From positions 36,490 to 100,489 of the forward strand of contig CAVZSG010000014.1 in NCBI GenBank assembly GCA_963777865.1: a stretch of 64,000 bases of DNA, read 5' to 3'. Both the position numbers and the translations under genes were made by a program. Below the pieces are notes generated by a model that saw only the letters and a list, made by a program, of their open reading frames with translations, was not told the DNA's origin and did not search any database. This DNA comes from an uncultured Chloroflexia bacterium (lineage in GTDB: Bacteria; Chloroflexota; Chloroflexia; Thermomicrobiales; UBA6265). Positions 41,173 through 52,736 of the stretch are shown here, in pieces. Positions within the stretch are counted from its first letter, which is position 1, and every line of letters starts with the position of its first letter.

Positions 41173-41349
41173 TCTTACCTGTTCAGGGAGCTAGCGAAAT
41201 AATTCCCCGCACGATCCCCTTGCCTGCGTTCGCTGGCAGGTGCCTGGTGGCAGGGCGACTATCCGATTCGTCGGTTGTGAGCGATCAAGAGCACGGTGAA
41301 CATTGGCAGTGTTGGATAGATCGCCTGTTGGCAGGCCAGCCTCGGAGAA

Positions 41350-41925
41350 CTACAGATCACCAAGAACCTGTAGAGCCGCCACAACTCGTTCTTCCGAGGT
41401 CATCCCGGGTGATATCTGGGCACGAACAAGGGCTTGTTGGGCTTCGCTGGACGAATAGCCGAGCGACTTGAGCGCCTCCAGGACATCACGATCCTGCAAG
41501 ACGACTTCCCGCACGTACTGCGCTTCCGGCAGCTTCCCACTTAGCTCGACAACCATGCGAGATGCAGTCTTCTTGCCGATGCCCGGGACAGTCGCGAGCA
41601 AATCGATGTCACCTTGCTGAACGGCGGCGTACAGTCCGTCTGGCTTGAAGGTCGAGAGAATCGCGCAGGCAATCCGCGGTCCTATTCCGGTAATCCCGAT
41701 CATCACCTCGAAGAAGCGAAGTTCCTCGGCCGATGAAAAACCGTACAGGATGAGTGCGTCTTCCCGGACCACCAGCGCAGTCAAGAGCTCGACAGACTCG
41801 CCAACAGGACCGGTTTCGGCGAGCGTGTTGGTGCTGGTTCCGACTCGGTAGATAACACCGCCGACATCGACCAGGATCGCGTCTTCGGATTTCTGGGCAA
41901 TGACGCCACGTAGCCCTGCAATCAT
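41350..41925 (-). CDS. ruvA: Holliday junction branch migration protein RuvA
   Basis: MIAGLRGVI...VDVGGVIYRV, HhH motifs (ITGIGPRIA, VPGIGKKTA) and a C-terminal domain III. Confidence 0.92.
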   Translation of the reverse strand: MIAGLRGVIAQKSEDAILVDVGGVIYRVGTSTNTLAETGPVGESVELLTALVVREDALILYGFSSAEELRFFEVMIGITGIGPRIACAILSTFKPDGLYAAVQQGDIDLLATVPGIGKKTASRMVVELSGKLPEAQYVREVVLQDRDVLEALKSLGYSSSEAQQALVRAQISPGMTSEERVVAALQVLGDL

Positions 41926-42801
41926 GAGTTGGCATCCAATGCAAATAGTCGTTCTGCGTTGCCATGCATGACCGCGTCGACAGCTTCATCTGATGGCCAG
42001 TCCATCGAGATCATTCGCTGGACCAGATTCTTCTGGCCAAGGACCGGGTAATCAGACGCGAAGAGCACTTTCTCAGGTCCTGCCATTTCGATGACGCGAT
42101 TGAAGATCGAGTGGTCGTAGAGATACGTTGATGCGCCCGAATCGTACGAGACGTTGGCAATCTGCGGTTTGACTGATGGCATGAGCTCGTAGATTGGCAA
42201 TCCCCCACCCCAGTGTGCAGCGACAATCTTCAGTTCCGGATGATTGGTTGCCAACGCAACGATTTCGCTCGGGACTGCCGTGCCCTTGCCTGGATAGACG
42301 TGTCCTACCGGTTCACTGCTGTGGATCAGGACCGGCTTACCGCTATTTATGGCAACTTCGGCAATCGGTGCAAACGTACGTAACTCGCCCCAGCGGAATC
42401 CCTGAGCATCAGCGTTGAACTCACCCAGGCCAACTGGCGCCAGTGCGAAAGCAGTCATCGGCGAATCGGACATCGTCGACTCCTCCCGGCGTGACTATGC
42501 CGAGCCACGAGATTCGGTCCGGGTACTTGCGTGCCGCTGAGGCCATGTATTCGTTGTGATATCGACAATGGGCGTTGTCGGCCCAGGGAAAGCCGCACGC
42601 GATGCTGTGGTCGACTCCGGCTGCGTCCATGCTGGCGATCAAATCCTCGGCCGTGGACAAGCGAGAAGCGGGATTGGCATACAACTGGGCGAACCAGGTA
42701 TCCCGCAAGAGCCACGCTTCTCGATCCCTGCCAACGTCTTCCGGAAAAATGTGGACATGCGCGTCGATTACGCGGACATCCCGTCCATTGATCTTGATCA
42801 T
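41922..42801 (-). CDS. amidohydrolase-2 family metal-dependent hydrolase (one frameshift near 42450)
   Basis: VIDAHVHIFP at the N-terminus. The second half (PVLIHSSEP...AAHWGGG...LFASDYP) lies in ORF 41922..42473. Confidence 0.75.
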
Positions 42802-42817
42802 GGAGTCAGTCTAAAGA

Positions 42818-43763
42818 CTAGATCAGGAAGAACGCCACCACTCCGATGATCGCAAGGAGGATCACGAACGCGATCGCCAGCAACGTTGGAGTCAATGGCG
42901 AGCCGGCGCTTGCCTTGCCGAGCGCAGCAGTTTGGGCGTTCGCCAGGACCAGGTCCGGTTTCGGCATGGCCGTGGTCACGATGGCGGAAACGTTGTCGCT
43001 GGTGCCGCGTTCCTTGGCAACGTTGCAGAGGCGAGACGCGATCATGTCTGCGGGCGTCTCAAGCGTGATTCGCAGCAGGTCGTCATCAGGTACGACGTCA
43101 AAGAACCCGTCGGTCAGCAACAGCAGTCGATCTTCCGGAAGGAGCGTGATTTCGAAGACATTCGGCATTTTGGAATCGAGTCGCGGTTTCTGACCGAGAG
43201 CGTGGAGGATGATGTTGCGGTGCGGGCTATCTCGCGCCTCGTCGGCGTTGATTTGGCCAGACAGCACTTGCTCAGCCACCAATGAATGATCGCGAGTGAT
43301 TTGCTGCAGCCGCTCTGCCCGTAACAGATACGCACGGGAATCACCGATGCTGGCAATCGTCGCGTACTTTCCCCGAGTGACAGCTGCAACCAGCGTCGTG
43401 CCCATCAGCTGCGATGGGGACTGATTCGACCAATCGGTGTGAATGACTTCGTTTGCGCGGCGGAAGGCCTGCTTCATCAGCGGAACGACATCACCGGCAG
43501 GATCTTCAAGGAACATTTCGCGGAGGGTATCAATGGCAATCTGGGCAGCGACTTCACCGCGCTGGTGACCACCCATTCCATCGGCAACTGCCATCAAGTG
43601 TGGCGGGAACGAGGTTCCCATCGCCGAGGTCGACCGTGCCGAGATCGGCAACGACAATCGCGTCCTCGTTTTCAGAGCGACCGCCATTGTCTGTGTGTGC
43701 GTCAATGCGAAATTCGAGTTGCTTTTCGGGTGCAGCCGCTAATTCCAACTGACTTGTTACCAC
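42818..43763 (-). CDS. PP2C-type Ser/Thr protein phosphatase with C-terminal TM anchor (one frameshift near 43600-43700)
   Basis: RIDAHTDNGGRSENEDAIVV (frame of 43554..43763), then AVADGMGGHQRGEVAA, LLLTDGF, GTSDNVSAIV and the TM tail LLAIAFVILLAIIGVVAFFLI. Confidence 0.8.
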
Positions 43764-43887
43764 GCGTAAACGGCCCTTCCCCCAAACGTTCCTACGAGGC
43801 CGGATTCTAGCACGGCAAACTGCCGAATATGGTTCATCTTGCTAGGAAAATTGACCGGTTCCCACGCATCCGGACTGGTACGTTTTG

Positions 43888-44586
43888 TCAGATGACTTCA
43901 AGCGCTTCGCGGATCGCAGTGACGTTGGTTGCCACGTTGCGTGTACCGTCGAATATCGAAGAGCCGATCACAAATGTGTCTGCACCAGCAAGGCTGATAC
44001 GTTGAATGTTTCCAGGTTTGACACCCCCATCAACTTCGAGTCGGCAGACTGGGTTGATTTCGTCCAGCAGTGCTCTGGTTCGCACGATCTTGTCGAGCAT
44101 CGCTGGAATGAACGATTGCCCGCCGAACCCTGGATTGACCGACATGATCAGGACATTGCCTACGAACGGCAGGAGTTCTTCAATCGCGCTCAGGGGCGTA
44201 CCGGGACAGACTGCGATTCCAGGAGTGGCACCCAATTCCTGGATCTGGGAAATCGTGCGATGGGAATGTACGCATGCTTCGACCTGAATGGTGACCGTGT
44301 CTGCACCGGCAGAGACGAAATCGGCCGCGTACTTCTCTGGCTCCTCGATCATCAAATGAACGTCGATTGGTAGATTGGTCGTTCGACGGACGGCTTCGAC
44401 GATCGGAAATCCAAACGAAATATTGGGCACGAATCGCCCGTCCATGACATCCAGGTGGATAAAATCGACACCAGCCTGTTCGGCGACTGCGATCTGATCG
44501 CCTAGATGGAGAAAGTCGGCCGTGAGAATTGACGGGCCGATCCAGATCGACTCATCGATCACCGCGTGTTCCCTCGATCTGATCAT
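43888..44586 (-). CDS. rpe: ribulose-phosphate 3-epimerase
   Basis: Contains PSILTADF, HLDVMDGRFVPN, VNPGFGGQ and EVDGG. Confidence 0.92.
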   Translation of the reverse strand: MIRSREHAVIDESIWIGPSILTADFLHLGDQIAVAEQAGVDFIHLDVMDGRFVPNISFGFPIVEAVRRTTNLPIDVHLMIEEPEKYAADFVSAGADTVTIQVEACVHSHRTISQIQELGATPGIAVCPGTPLSAIEELLPFVGNVLIMSVNPGFGGQSFIPAMLDKIVRTRALLDEINPVCRLEVDGGVKPGNIQRISLAGADTFVIGSSIFDGTRNVATNVTAIREALEVI

Positions 44587-44645
44587 GAACGGATAGCGTT
44601 ATCGGCACTCACTATACGGAACCGGAATCGCGACACCGATTTGGC

Positions 44646-45499
44646 GTGACCGTCCAATTGGTCGTTGGGCTGGTTCTACTGGTCGTGTCCTGGTTCGTGT
44701 CCTGGAGCCGATCTGGAGCCGTGTCGATTCCACACGTTCTTCCCGCTTTGGCTCGGCTACATACTGCTCGTCGACGGCACTGTCAGATTCCTGAGCGGAA
44801 CTTCGCTGCTTGTGCGGATGGGAAAGCGATTTGCCCTGTTGTTTCTGGTCTCGATACCGTTCTGGTGGGTCTTTGAGGCAGCGAATGCCCGACTGGATAA
44901 TTGGCACTACATCCTTCCGCACCCATATTCGTGGTTCAGCTATCACCTGGAAGCATCACTGGCGTTTTCAACAGTCGTGCCGGCCGTTTTTGTTACGGCC
45001 GAGTTGGTCCGGCTGGCATTCGGTAGCCGACAGATTCCAATGGGTTCGAATCGCTCCATCGAATTCGGGGCTCAAGATCATCTCGTTGACCGGTGGGCTG
45101 ATGTTTATCGCCGTGATGATCTGGCCGGACCTCTTGTTTCCACTGGTCTGGATCAGCCTGTTCCTGATGGTCGATCCACTCGTCGCGTTACTGGGCGGAA
45201 GATCGATCACCGCGCAGGTGCGGAATGGCCGGTGGGACACCGTCGTTGTGCTGTTTGTTGCCACCCTGATTTGCGGATTCTTTTGGGAGATGTGGAACGC
45301 ACGGGCACTTGCCAAAATGGGAATACGACATTCCCGTACGCAGAGTGGCTGCACGTGTTCGAGATGCCAATTCTGGGCTTTGGTGGGTATTTGCCATTTG
45401 GACTGGAACTTTATGCGCTCGTTCAATCTGGTAGACCGACTATTGGGAATGCGTCTGGCTTCGAGTTTTCGATTTGATTCACTCGATCAGGATCAGTGA
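44646..45499 (+). CDS. polytopic membrane protein of unknown function (three frames used)
   Basis: Hydrophobic segments continue across ORFs 44646, 44665 and 44810 (for example FPLWLGYILLVDG, FWWVFEAANARLDNWHY, LICGFFWEMWN, FEMPILGFGGYLPFGLELYA). No family assignment was possible by eye. Confidence 0.5.
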
Positions 45500-45538
45500 A
45501 TCTGTTCTAAGGTCCTATGCAATCGAGGTATGCGGTGA

Positions 45539-45567
45539 TTGTGACCCGGGCGAACGATTCCTATAAT
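45539..45567 (+). promoter_or_regulatory. candidate sigma-70 promoter TTGTGA-17-TATAAT upstream of the fhaA-like gene
   Basis: Hexamers at 45539-45544 and 45562-45567. The start codon is at 45621. Confidence 0.4.
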
Positions 45568-45620
45568 GCGAGAGGCGGTTGGTTTGACCGTGTTCACATG
45601 CCCTGAAAGACACACGCCGC

Positions 45621-46382
45621 ATGGTGGCTAGCATTCTGGACAAGTTTGAAGCGTCGTTCGAGCGCCTGGTCGAGGGCTCGGTCGGCCGTGTATTCAAGAC
45701 TCCGGTTCAGCCAGCAGAGATTGGTCGCAAGCTGGAGCGGGCCATGGTCACGAATCAGGTCGTCTCTGTCGATTCCACTTTGGTCCCCAATGACTATCGC
45801 GTGGTGCTCAATCCTCAGGACCTGATTCTGTTCGCAGATCTCCTGCCTGGATTGTGTCACCAGATGGAATCGTGGCTAACAGACGTTGCCGACATGAACG
45901 ATTTTCGCCTGATCGACCAGACGCGTGTCCTGATCGTTGGTGACGATTCAGTGCCGCGCAGGGCAATTCAGGTAACGGCGGCAATCGCCGACAAGCCGAA
46001 TCTGAGCCAGCGCGAGCATGAGGACATGCAGCGAACAGAGCTCTATCGGATCGTTGCAAAGTCCAGCGGTGTTCAGCCATTGCGCTTCAAGTTCAGCAAT
46101 GGACCGCAAGCTGGGGTTGAGTTTCTGCTGAAGAAATCGGTTACGACCTTGGGTCGGGCGCTGGACAATGACATCGTCCTGGAATCCAGCGAAGTATCCC
46201 GCCATCACGCCCGAATTGAACTTCAGACCGATGGCATGCGAATAATTGACCTGAACAGTACCAACGGTACACGGGTCAATGGGCGGTCTGTCCGCTCGCA
46301 GGCGATCAAAGCTGGTGACGACATCACATTCGGGAATCTCAGCGCCAAACTCATCGGCGACGAGGAAAAGAAGTCCAGGTAA
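45621..46382 (+). CDS. FhaA-like protein (DUF3662 N-terminal domain plus C-terminal FHA domain)
   Basis: N-terminus ILDKFEASFERLVEGSVGRVFKTPVQPAEIGRKLERAM. FHA core TLGRALDNDIVLESSEVSRHHARIE...DLNSTNGTRVNG. Confidence 0.8.
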   Translation: MVASILDKFEASFERLVEGSVGRVFKTPVQPAEIGRKLERAMVTNQVVSVDSTLVPNDYRVVLNPQDLILFADLLPGLCHQMESWLTDVADMNDFRLIDQTRVLIVGDDSVPRRAIQVTAAIADKPNLSQREHEDMQRTELYRIVAKSSGVQPLRFKFSNGPQAGVEFLLKKSVTTLGRALDNDIVLESSEVSRHHARIELQTDGMRIIDLNSTNGTRVNGRSVRSQAIKAGDDITFGNLSAKLIGDEEKKSR

Positions 46383-46406
46383 CCTCAATCAATCAGGTCG
46401 ATCATT

Positions 46407-46862
46407 TTGATCGGCGACATTTTGCTGCCCATTTCCTACGACTGGTTTCTGCTTGGGACACGAGTCTTGCTGGCCGGGCTGCTGCTGTTGTTCCTGTGGC
46501 GGGTGGTTATCGTCGTTTCCCGGGAATCACTGCGGGTTCCCTCGGCGGCGTTCTCGTTCAGCCTGATGTTGCTCGATGAGGCCGGCCAGCCTTTGCGCGG
46601 TTTCCGGCTGTCACGGAGGCGACCAGTAACGGTCGGACGGGATGCATCGAACGATGTCGTGCTCACTGACCGGTCTGTCTCCGGTCACCACGCGGTCTTG
46701 CGGATGGTTGGCGGCGAATGGATTGTCGCCGACCTCGACAGTCGCAACGGAACGTTCCTGAACGGGGAGCAGGTGCGGCCGGAAAGCGGCATTGGGGCCG
46801 GTGACGTCGTACAATTCGGGGCGGTTCGACTGCAACTGGTTTCCGATGAAACCCGATTGTGA
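46407..46862 (+). CDS. FhaB-like membrane-anchored FHA domain protein
   Basis: N-terminal TM segment (VLLAGLLLLFLWRVVIVV) and FHA core VTVGRDASNDVVLTDRSVSGHHAVL...DLDSRNGTFLNG. Confidence 0.8.
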   Translation: MIGDILLPISYDWFLLGTRVLLAGLLLLFLWRVVIVVSRESLRVPSAAFSFSLMLLDEAGQPLRGFRLSRRRPVTVGRDASNDVVLTDRSVSGHHAVLRMVGGEWIVADLDSRNGTFLNGEQVRPESGIGAGDVVQFGAVRLQLVSDETRL

Positions 46863-46923
46863 TTTGCGGCGTACAAGAACCGGAACCGTTGACTCATAGA
46901 CCACGGGTTGGGGACGCGCACAC

Positions 46924-48903
46924 GTGTCTGAAGCAATCGCCAGAATATCTGGCTCGATGTCGGGAAATAGCACGCCGGAAGGCGACTCATCTGCATCACC
47001 CCGACGTTCGAACTCTGCACTCGATCTTCTTCTTCGCGTTGGGCATCGACTCGCACTGGTCGTGACACTGGCGCTCCTTGTTGGCGTTGCCGGTTTGTTC
47101 GCAATGCGCTCGATGTACAGCGGCAAGGTCATGCCATCGGTCTATGTAGCCGATGTTGCTGTCGGCGGAATGACTCGCGACGAGGCACAAGCGGCCGTCG
47201 AGGCCCGGTCGTCCGCACTGCTCAGCTCCACCATTGTTTTCGATTACGACGGACGGCAATGGACGACAACGCTTGCCGACCTTGGTGTCAAGTCGGACGT
47301 CGCCGGCTCAGTTGACACGGCGTTCTCGGTCGGTCGGGAAGAGGAAGCTGGCGACCGAATCGGTACAACGCTGGATCTGGCTCGAAGTGATCAGGTAGTG
47401 CCGCTGAAACTGGCCATTGATCCATCTGCGCTTGCCACGTGGTCGGACACAGTGACTGACGATATCGGAACCAAACCTCGCAATGCCCGCATGGTGATTA
47501 CGGAGGACGCGAAGGTCGAAGTCCGGGAAGATGTAGACGGAATCGTTGTCGATGAAGCGAGGATGATGGCGATCATTGAGAGCTCAATCGCCTCACTTAC
47601 GCCCTATCGCGGTCCGCTACCAGTTTCGTATCGCCCGGCTGACATTCATGTGGAGGATATTCAGCCGGAACTGGCGGCACTCACCACTGCCCTCAGCGAA
47701 CCGATCACCATTGTCTACAAGAAGAAGGACTGGACACTTCAGCCAACGGATTTGGTGCCGTTCATCGTTCAGGAAAAGCGAACCGATCGCCCGGGCTATA
47801 GCTTCACCCTCGACGATGCTGCGCTTGGCAAGTGGATGTTCGAGATGATTGGCGATCGAATCAATCGCGATCCAGTCAACGCCCAGATTGCCTGGGACTA
47901 CGAGAAGAACCAACTTCAGGCCGTGACCAAGAGTTCTATCGGCGTCAAGGTTCTGGCTGGGCCCCTCGCTGATGAGGTGATCGGTAGCTTCATGGGCGAC
48001 CATGCGGACGTCGAGATTCCGGTTAAGGGCATTGCGCCGGAGATTGACGACAACAATCTTGATGCGCTGGGAATCACGACGAAATTCGGCGTGGGTACCT
48101 CATCGTTTTACGGCTCTGGCGACGAGCGACGAACGAATATTCACGTGGGGACCGGCTATCTCAACGGCGCGATCGTCCGACCCGGCGAAGAGTTTTCGTT
48201 CAACTATGCGATCGGCGATATCACGGCAGAGGCCGGATATGTCGAGGCCGCAGTCGTGGATGGTGAGCGAATCGGCAAGGATGTCGGTGGCGGTATCTGT
48301 CAGGTCTCGACCACTGTGTTCCGAGCAGCGTTCCTGGCCGGATTCCCGATAACTGAATGGTGGCCACATCTCTATCGTCTCGAACTTCTACGAACACGAT
48401 GGCTGGACGCGCCGGACTTGATGCGTCAATCCTGCAGGAAGGTCCGCGAGAGTCCTGGGGCGACTTCAAGTTCAAGAACATTACCGACAGCTATCTGCTG
48501 ATCGAGGCATACGTTGATGGCGAGACTGATGTGGTTGTGCTTTACGGTCCGGAAACCAAGTGGGATGTGTTTGTCAGCGAACCGTGGGAGGGCCAGAAAC
48601 TTCTCGGTGAAGACCAGGATGACGTCGAGATCGTCGATCCGGAGCTTGATCAGGCACGGTCAACCACACCGAATTGCGGCAGGACGGGCTTGAGATCTCC
48701 TACCAGCGGGTCGTCAAGGATGCCAACGGTGAGGTCATCAGCGATCGGATCTTCTATTCGCAGTTTCGAAGCCGCGAGGCGACGTCTACAAGGTCAGCCC
48801 GGACATGAAGGGCGAATCGCCCGCCAAGGACGCTGACGAACGAGACGACGATAGACCCGAGTCAACTGATCCGACGACGGAAGCTTACTGGCCACTCGCA
48901 TGA
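46924..48903 (+). CDS. VanW family protein with N-terminal TM anchor (several frameshifts after ~48350)
   Basis: VanW core GGGICQVSTTVFRAAFLAGFPI. The remainder (...FKFKNITDSYLLIEAYVDGE..., ...ISYQRVVKDANGEVISDRIFYSQF...) continues in other frames to the TGA at 48901-48903. Confidence 0.75.
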
Positions 48904-49188
48904 GTGGCCAGTTTTCATTTCGGGGTGATCAGGCGTTGCCTCAGCTGTGGCTTCGTCGAGTGGAATGCGAACTCGTTTGGTTCGTGCTGTTTGACCCGAG
49001 AACAACGGCCAAGACGTCGGCGGCAAATGCAGCAGGTCCGCGAGGTAGCTGATCACTGCCTTGTTTGCCGCGCCATCGACTGGCGGAGCAGTTAGCCAGA
49101 GTCGAACTGTTCCGTCCGGTTCAAGCTGATGATGGTTTCGGCTGGCTCTTGGTGAGACCCTGACAGTCAACAATGTCTCAGTGGTCAT
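48862..49188 (-). CDS. DUF167 (YggU) family protein
   Basis: VRVSPRASRN...LWLTAPPVDGAANKAVISYLADLL...SGQTARTKRVRI matches the family pattern. Its 3' end overlaps the VanW 3' end. Confidence 0.75.
   Translation of the reverse strand: MTTETLLTVRVSPRASRNHHQLEPDGTVRLWLTAPPVDGAANKAVISYLADLLHLPPTSWPLFSGQTARTKRVRIPLDEATAEATPDHPEMKTGHSCEWPVSFRRRIS
48890..48909 (+). terminator. hairpin GGCCACTC-GCAT-GAGTGGCC followed by AGTTTTCATTT
   Basis: 8-bp perfect stem spanning the VanW stop codon, with a T-rich tract downstream. Confidence 0.4.
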
Positions 49189-50641
49189 TTTGGCGACCGC
49201 AGGAGCATCAGGCCGCGACCGTTGCGGCCCGGAGACGGTGGCGGAGATCGCGCGCGACGTCTGAGAGGGTCAGAGACGGGACGACTGGCCGTCCGACCTG
49301 CCGCTGCGACTTCGTCGATGGTCAGATCGTCCAGAAGCGTGTGCGTTCTGTCCGAGATCATTCGCGACGAGATGTAGAGCGGTGCGTCGGTTGTTGGGGC
49401 TCCGATGGCCCTGATCAGATCGCCACCGGTCAGCAGTCCGGAGATGTTGATTTCGTCGCCGAAGAAGGCGTTTTCGATCACTGCGACGTCGAGGAGGCTG
49501 CCGGTGTGGCGATTGAGATCGTCGACTGCCCGCTCATCGTGTTGCCGATCAGGGTTCCGCAGGCGATGGTGCCGCGACTTCCGGCCAGACGAACCGACCT
49601 TGGTGCGGCCGAGATAGGTTTCGAGATTCTCGAGGAAGTGGCGGGTGATGCCGATGCCGTCTTCGATCTGCGGATAGCCGTCGTAGAGCATCGCCGGCTG
49701 GCACCTCTTCGTCGCACATCAGATAGAACTCGTCACCGAGATGGAGGAAGGTCTCGCCCCGCGTCGCGCGGAAGTGCTCCTGCCATTGCTCGGCCTGACG
49801 AATGACCGCCTTGGCCTCTTCCGGTTCGTAGCGGCGGACCGCGATCTGCTTGCCGGGCAGGAGGCGCATGCAGGTCCGCGAGAGGCGCACCTGCTTGCTC
49901 TGGCGCTCGAGACCGTGTTGGGTCAGACCCGACCGGCACCGCCGGCGATCGAGAGGCAGTTGTCCGAGCGCGGCGAGTTCGCGGATGCTGCGGTCCATCT
50001 CCTCGCCGTCGTTGACGCCCGGGATTCAGACCGAGCTGGGCGTGGAAATCGATGTTGTTGCGACGCAGGCGATCGAGATCTTCCATGATCAACGCGCCTT
50101 TGGGATTGCCGACCAGCGCGACCCGCAGTTCCGGATTGGTGGCATGGACGGAGACGTGCATCGGGCTGACGCGCTGCTCCTCGATCCGTGCCCAGTCCTT
50201 GTCGGAGAGGTTGGTCAGGGTGACGAAGCTGCCGTAGAGCATTGAGTAGCGGTAGTCGTCGTCCATGACGTACAGGGAACGGCGCATGCCTTTGGGAATC
50301 TGCTTGATGAAGCAGAACGGGCAGGCGTTTTCGCAGGTGCGGATGCCGTCGAAGGTCGGATCGGCGAAGGTGATGCCCCAGAACTCGTCACCAGCCATCT
50401 GGACGTCGAAGCGGCGGCGGCGATCGTCGCGCAGGATTTCGATGCGGACCGTTTCGGCCTGGGCGTGGAACTGGAAGTCCAGCGCGTCCATCAATGTTTT
50501 GCCGTTGACAGTCGTGACGCGATCACCAGCGAGCAGACCGATCTGGGCAGCAAACGAATCCGGTTCGATCCGTTCGATCAGACCGGGGACGCTAGGTGGC
50601 AGATCAACGCGTTGCAGCGATATGGGACTGACGACTGGCAT
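49185..50641 (-). CDS. PDZ plus DUF512 domain protein (radical-SAM-like), several frameshifts
   Basis: PDZ-like N-terminus (AAQIGLLAGDRVTTVNGK), TCENACPFCFIKQ, and the DUF512 tail (LYDGYPQIEDGIGITRHF...NAFFGDEINISGLLTGGDLI) in successive frames. Confidence 0.75.
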
Positions 50642-50718
50642 TGACTTTTCGGGGACCTTCGCACGTGGCTATGACCGCTCAAGCGCAGCCAATCGGTGAT
50701 TTTATCATGCCTGCCAAT

Positions 50719-51646
50719 CTAGGCTGGGAGGCGATAGGTCAGGGAGATCCAGTCCTCGATCTGATTGCGTTCGACCAGCTCCAGACCGAGTGCATTGAAG
50801 GTGGCCAGGGTGTCCGCTTCCTTGGGCTCGATGATGCCGCTGAGCAGCAGCAGTCCGCCGGGCTTCATGGCCCTGAGCAGGTCATCCGAGATCGACATCA
50901 GGACACGGGCGATGATGTTCGCGACCACGACGTCGTAGGTTTTCGCCTCCCGCCCAATCCGCTGAGCCGACGTCCATCCGGATCAGGTCGCGGGCGCTGT
51001 TGAGATCGAGGTTTCCTTCGGCGACCCGTATCGACATGGCATCGATATCGACCGCGTCGATCGGGCCGGCACCGACTTCGCAGCCGCGGCAGGGCAAGAA
51101 TCCCTGACCCGGTGCCGACGTCGAAGAGCGAATCGACCGGGCTGGACGAGTTTCTCGATCTGGTAGAGGCTGAGGCGGGTTGTCGGGTGCATGCCGGTGC
51201 CGAAGGCCATGCCTGGATCGAGGATCAGGACGATGTCATCCGGCTCGGCTTCGTGCTCGAACCAGGGCGGCCGGATGACAACCCGATTGCTGGCGCGGAG
51301 CGGTCGGTAGTGCTCTTTCCAGGCGTGGGCCCAGTCCTCCTCGGACCGCTCGGTGACGACCAGTTCGCCGACGCCGCGCATCCGGCCGAGGTGCCAGAGT
51401 CCCTCGCGGATTTGCTCGACTACCGCTGGATCGAAGGTTTCGGCGGGGACGTAGGTGCGGATGGTGGCCGGGCGGGATGTGTCGATCCGGAGGTTGTCGC
51501 CATCCTGTTCCTGCAGGAACGGTTCCTCGATGGATACGCCCTCGTTGTAGCCGAATCGGGAGAAGAGTTCGGCGACCGATTCGACGGCTTCGCTATCGGC
51601 GGTGGTGGTCAGCTCGTACCAGACTCCGGGAGCTTGGATCGGTCAC
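50719..51646 (-). CDS. prmA: ribosomal protein L11 methyltransferase (frame-disrupted near the start and at ~50930-51130)
   Basis: WYELTTTADSEAVESVAELF..., EEDWAHAWKEHYRPL, LDPGMAFGTGMHPTT, and the C-terminal LKPGGLLLLSGII...EDWISL. The GTG at 51646 overlaps the upstream stop but is off-frame by one base. Confidence 0.8.
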
Positions 51647-52623
51647 AGGGTCACCACGCTGGCATCGCCGATGTTCAGGGAACCAGATGCTCCGGTCACT
51701 TTCGAACCGATGCCGATGATCGAGTTGGAGAGCGACGAGCGGGAGATGACCGCGTCGCGCTCGACGATTGAATCTGTGATGCTGGACTCCTCAATGGTGA
51801 CACCGGCAGCGATCGAGGCGAACGGTCCGACCGTTGCGTTCTTCAGGATGGCGGTCGGGTGAACGACCGACGGGTGAATGATGGTGCTGTCGCCACGCTG
51901 CTCGGTGCCGGTTTCGCCGCGCTCGAGCAGGATGTGGTTGGTTGAGAGGAGCAATTCGCCACTCCCGCAGTCCTCCCAGAACGGGATCTCCTGCGAGATG
52001 ACCTTGGCGCCGTGGTCGATCATGACCTGGATGGCGTCGGCGATGAAGTACTCGCCCTTGGTCTGGATGTTGCGTTCGAATTGCTCGTCGATCGCTTCGT
52101 AGAGGGCGGGCATCGAGCGGATGTAGTAGATGCCGATCAGGGCGAGGTTCGAGATCGGTTCCTGCGGCTTCTCGACCAGTTTGGTGATGTAGCCGTCCTC
52201 GCCAACGACCGCGACGCCGAGTCGGGATGGATCCTCAACGTACTTGGTGAAGAGGATGACGTCGGCATCGGGTCGGGATTCGATCACCGAGAAATCGGCA
52301 TCGAAGAGGGCGTCCGGGAAGAGGATCAGGGCGTCGTTCGTGGCCAGATCGCGGGCCTTGATGATGGCGTCGGTCTGGCCCTTCATCTCGGTCTGGAAGA
52401 CGAACTCCGATGGCAGGGCGAGATTCTTCTTGGCGAAGTCGACCAGGTAGTCGCTCAGGAAGCCGGCGATGAAGATGATCCGGTCCGGATTGGCGGGCAT
52501 GACGCTGTCGATGACGTGCTCGACGATGGTCTTGCCGGCGACGTTGACGAGCGGTTTGGGTTTGCTCCAGGTCTGGGGGCGAAGCCGGGTACCGAGACCG
52601 GCAGCGGGAAGAATGACGTCCAT
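51643..52623 (-). CDS. sugar-phosphate nucleotidyltransferase with C-terminal left-handed beta-helix
   Basis: N-terminus MDVILPAAGLGTRLRPQTWSKPKPLV (G-x-G-T-R-L signature). The C-terminal part has hexapeptide-like repeats. Confidence 0.85.
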   Translation of the reverse strand: MDVILPAAGLGTRLRPQTWSKPKPLVNVAGKTIVEHVIDSVMPANPDRIIFIAGFLSDYLVDFAKKNLALPSEFVFQTEMKGQTDAIIKARDLATNDALILFPDALFDADFSVIESRPDADVILFTKYVEDPSRLGVAVVGEDGYITKLVEKPQEPISNLALIGIYYIRSMPALYEAIDEQFERNIQTKGEYFIADAIQVMIDHGAKVISQEIPFWEDCGSGELLLSTNHILLERGETGTEQRGDSTIIHPSVVHPTAILKNATVGPFASIAAGVTIEESSITDSIVERDAVISRSSLSNSIIGIGSKVTGASGSLNIGDASVVTL

Positions 52624-52736
52624 GGGTGGGCAGGCCTCTCAGCGATATGCCGATACAAAACTCACGTGATCCTACCATCTGGACCGATGTTGATTGTCCT
52701 GCCGGGCGACGCAGCATGGCGCCGGTCGGGATTGGT

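Noticed and set aside
41173-41349. 177-nt gap between the icd terminator and the ruvA 3' end, examined for a small RNA or ORF
   Set aside because: It contains only weak 4-5-bp stems, no promoter-like hexamers and no ribosome-binding site/start combination. Nothing here can be supported from sequence alone.
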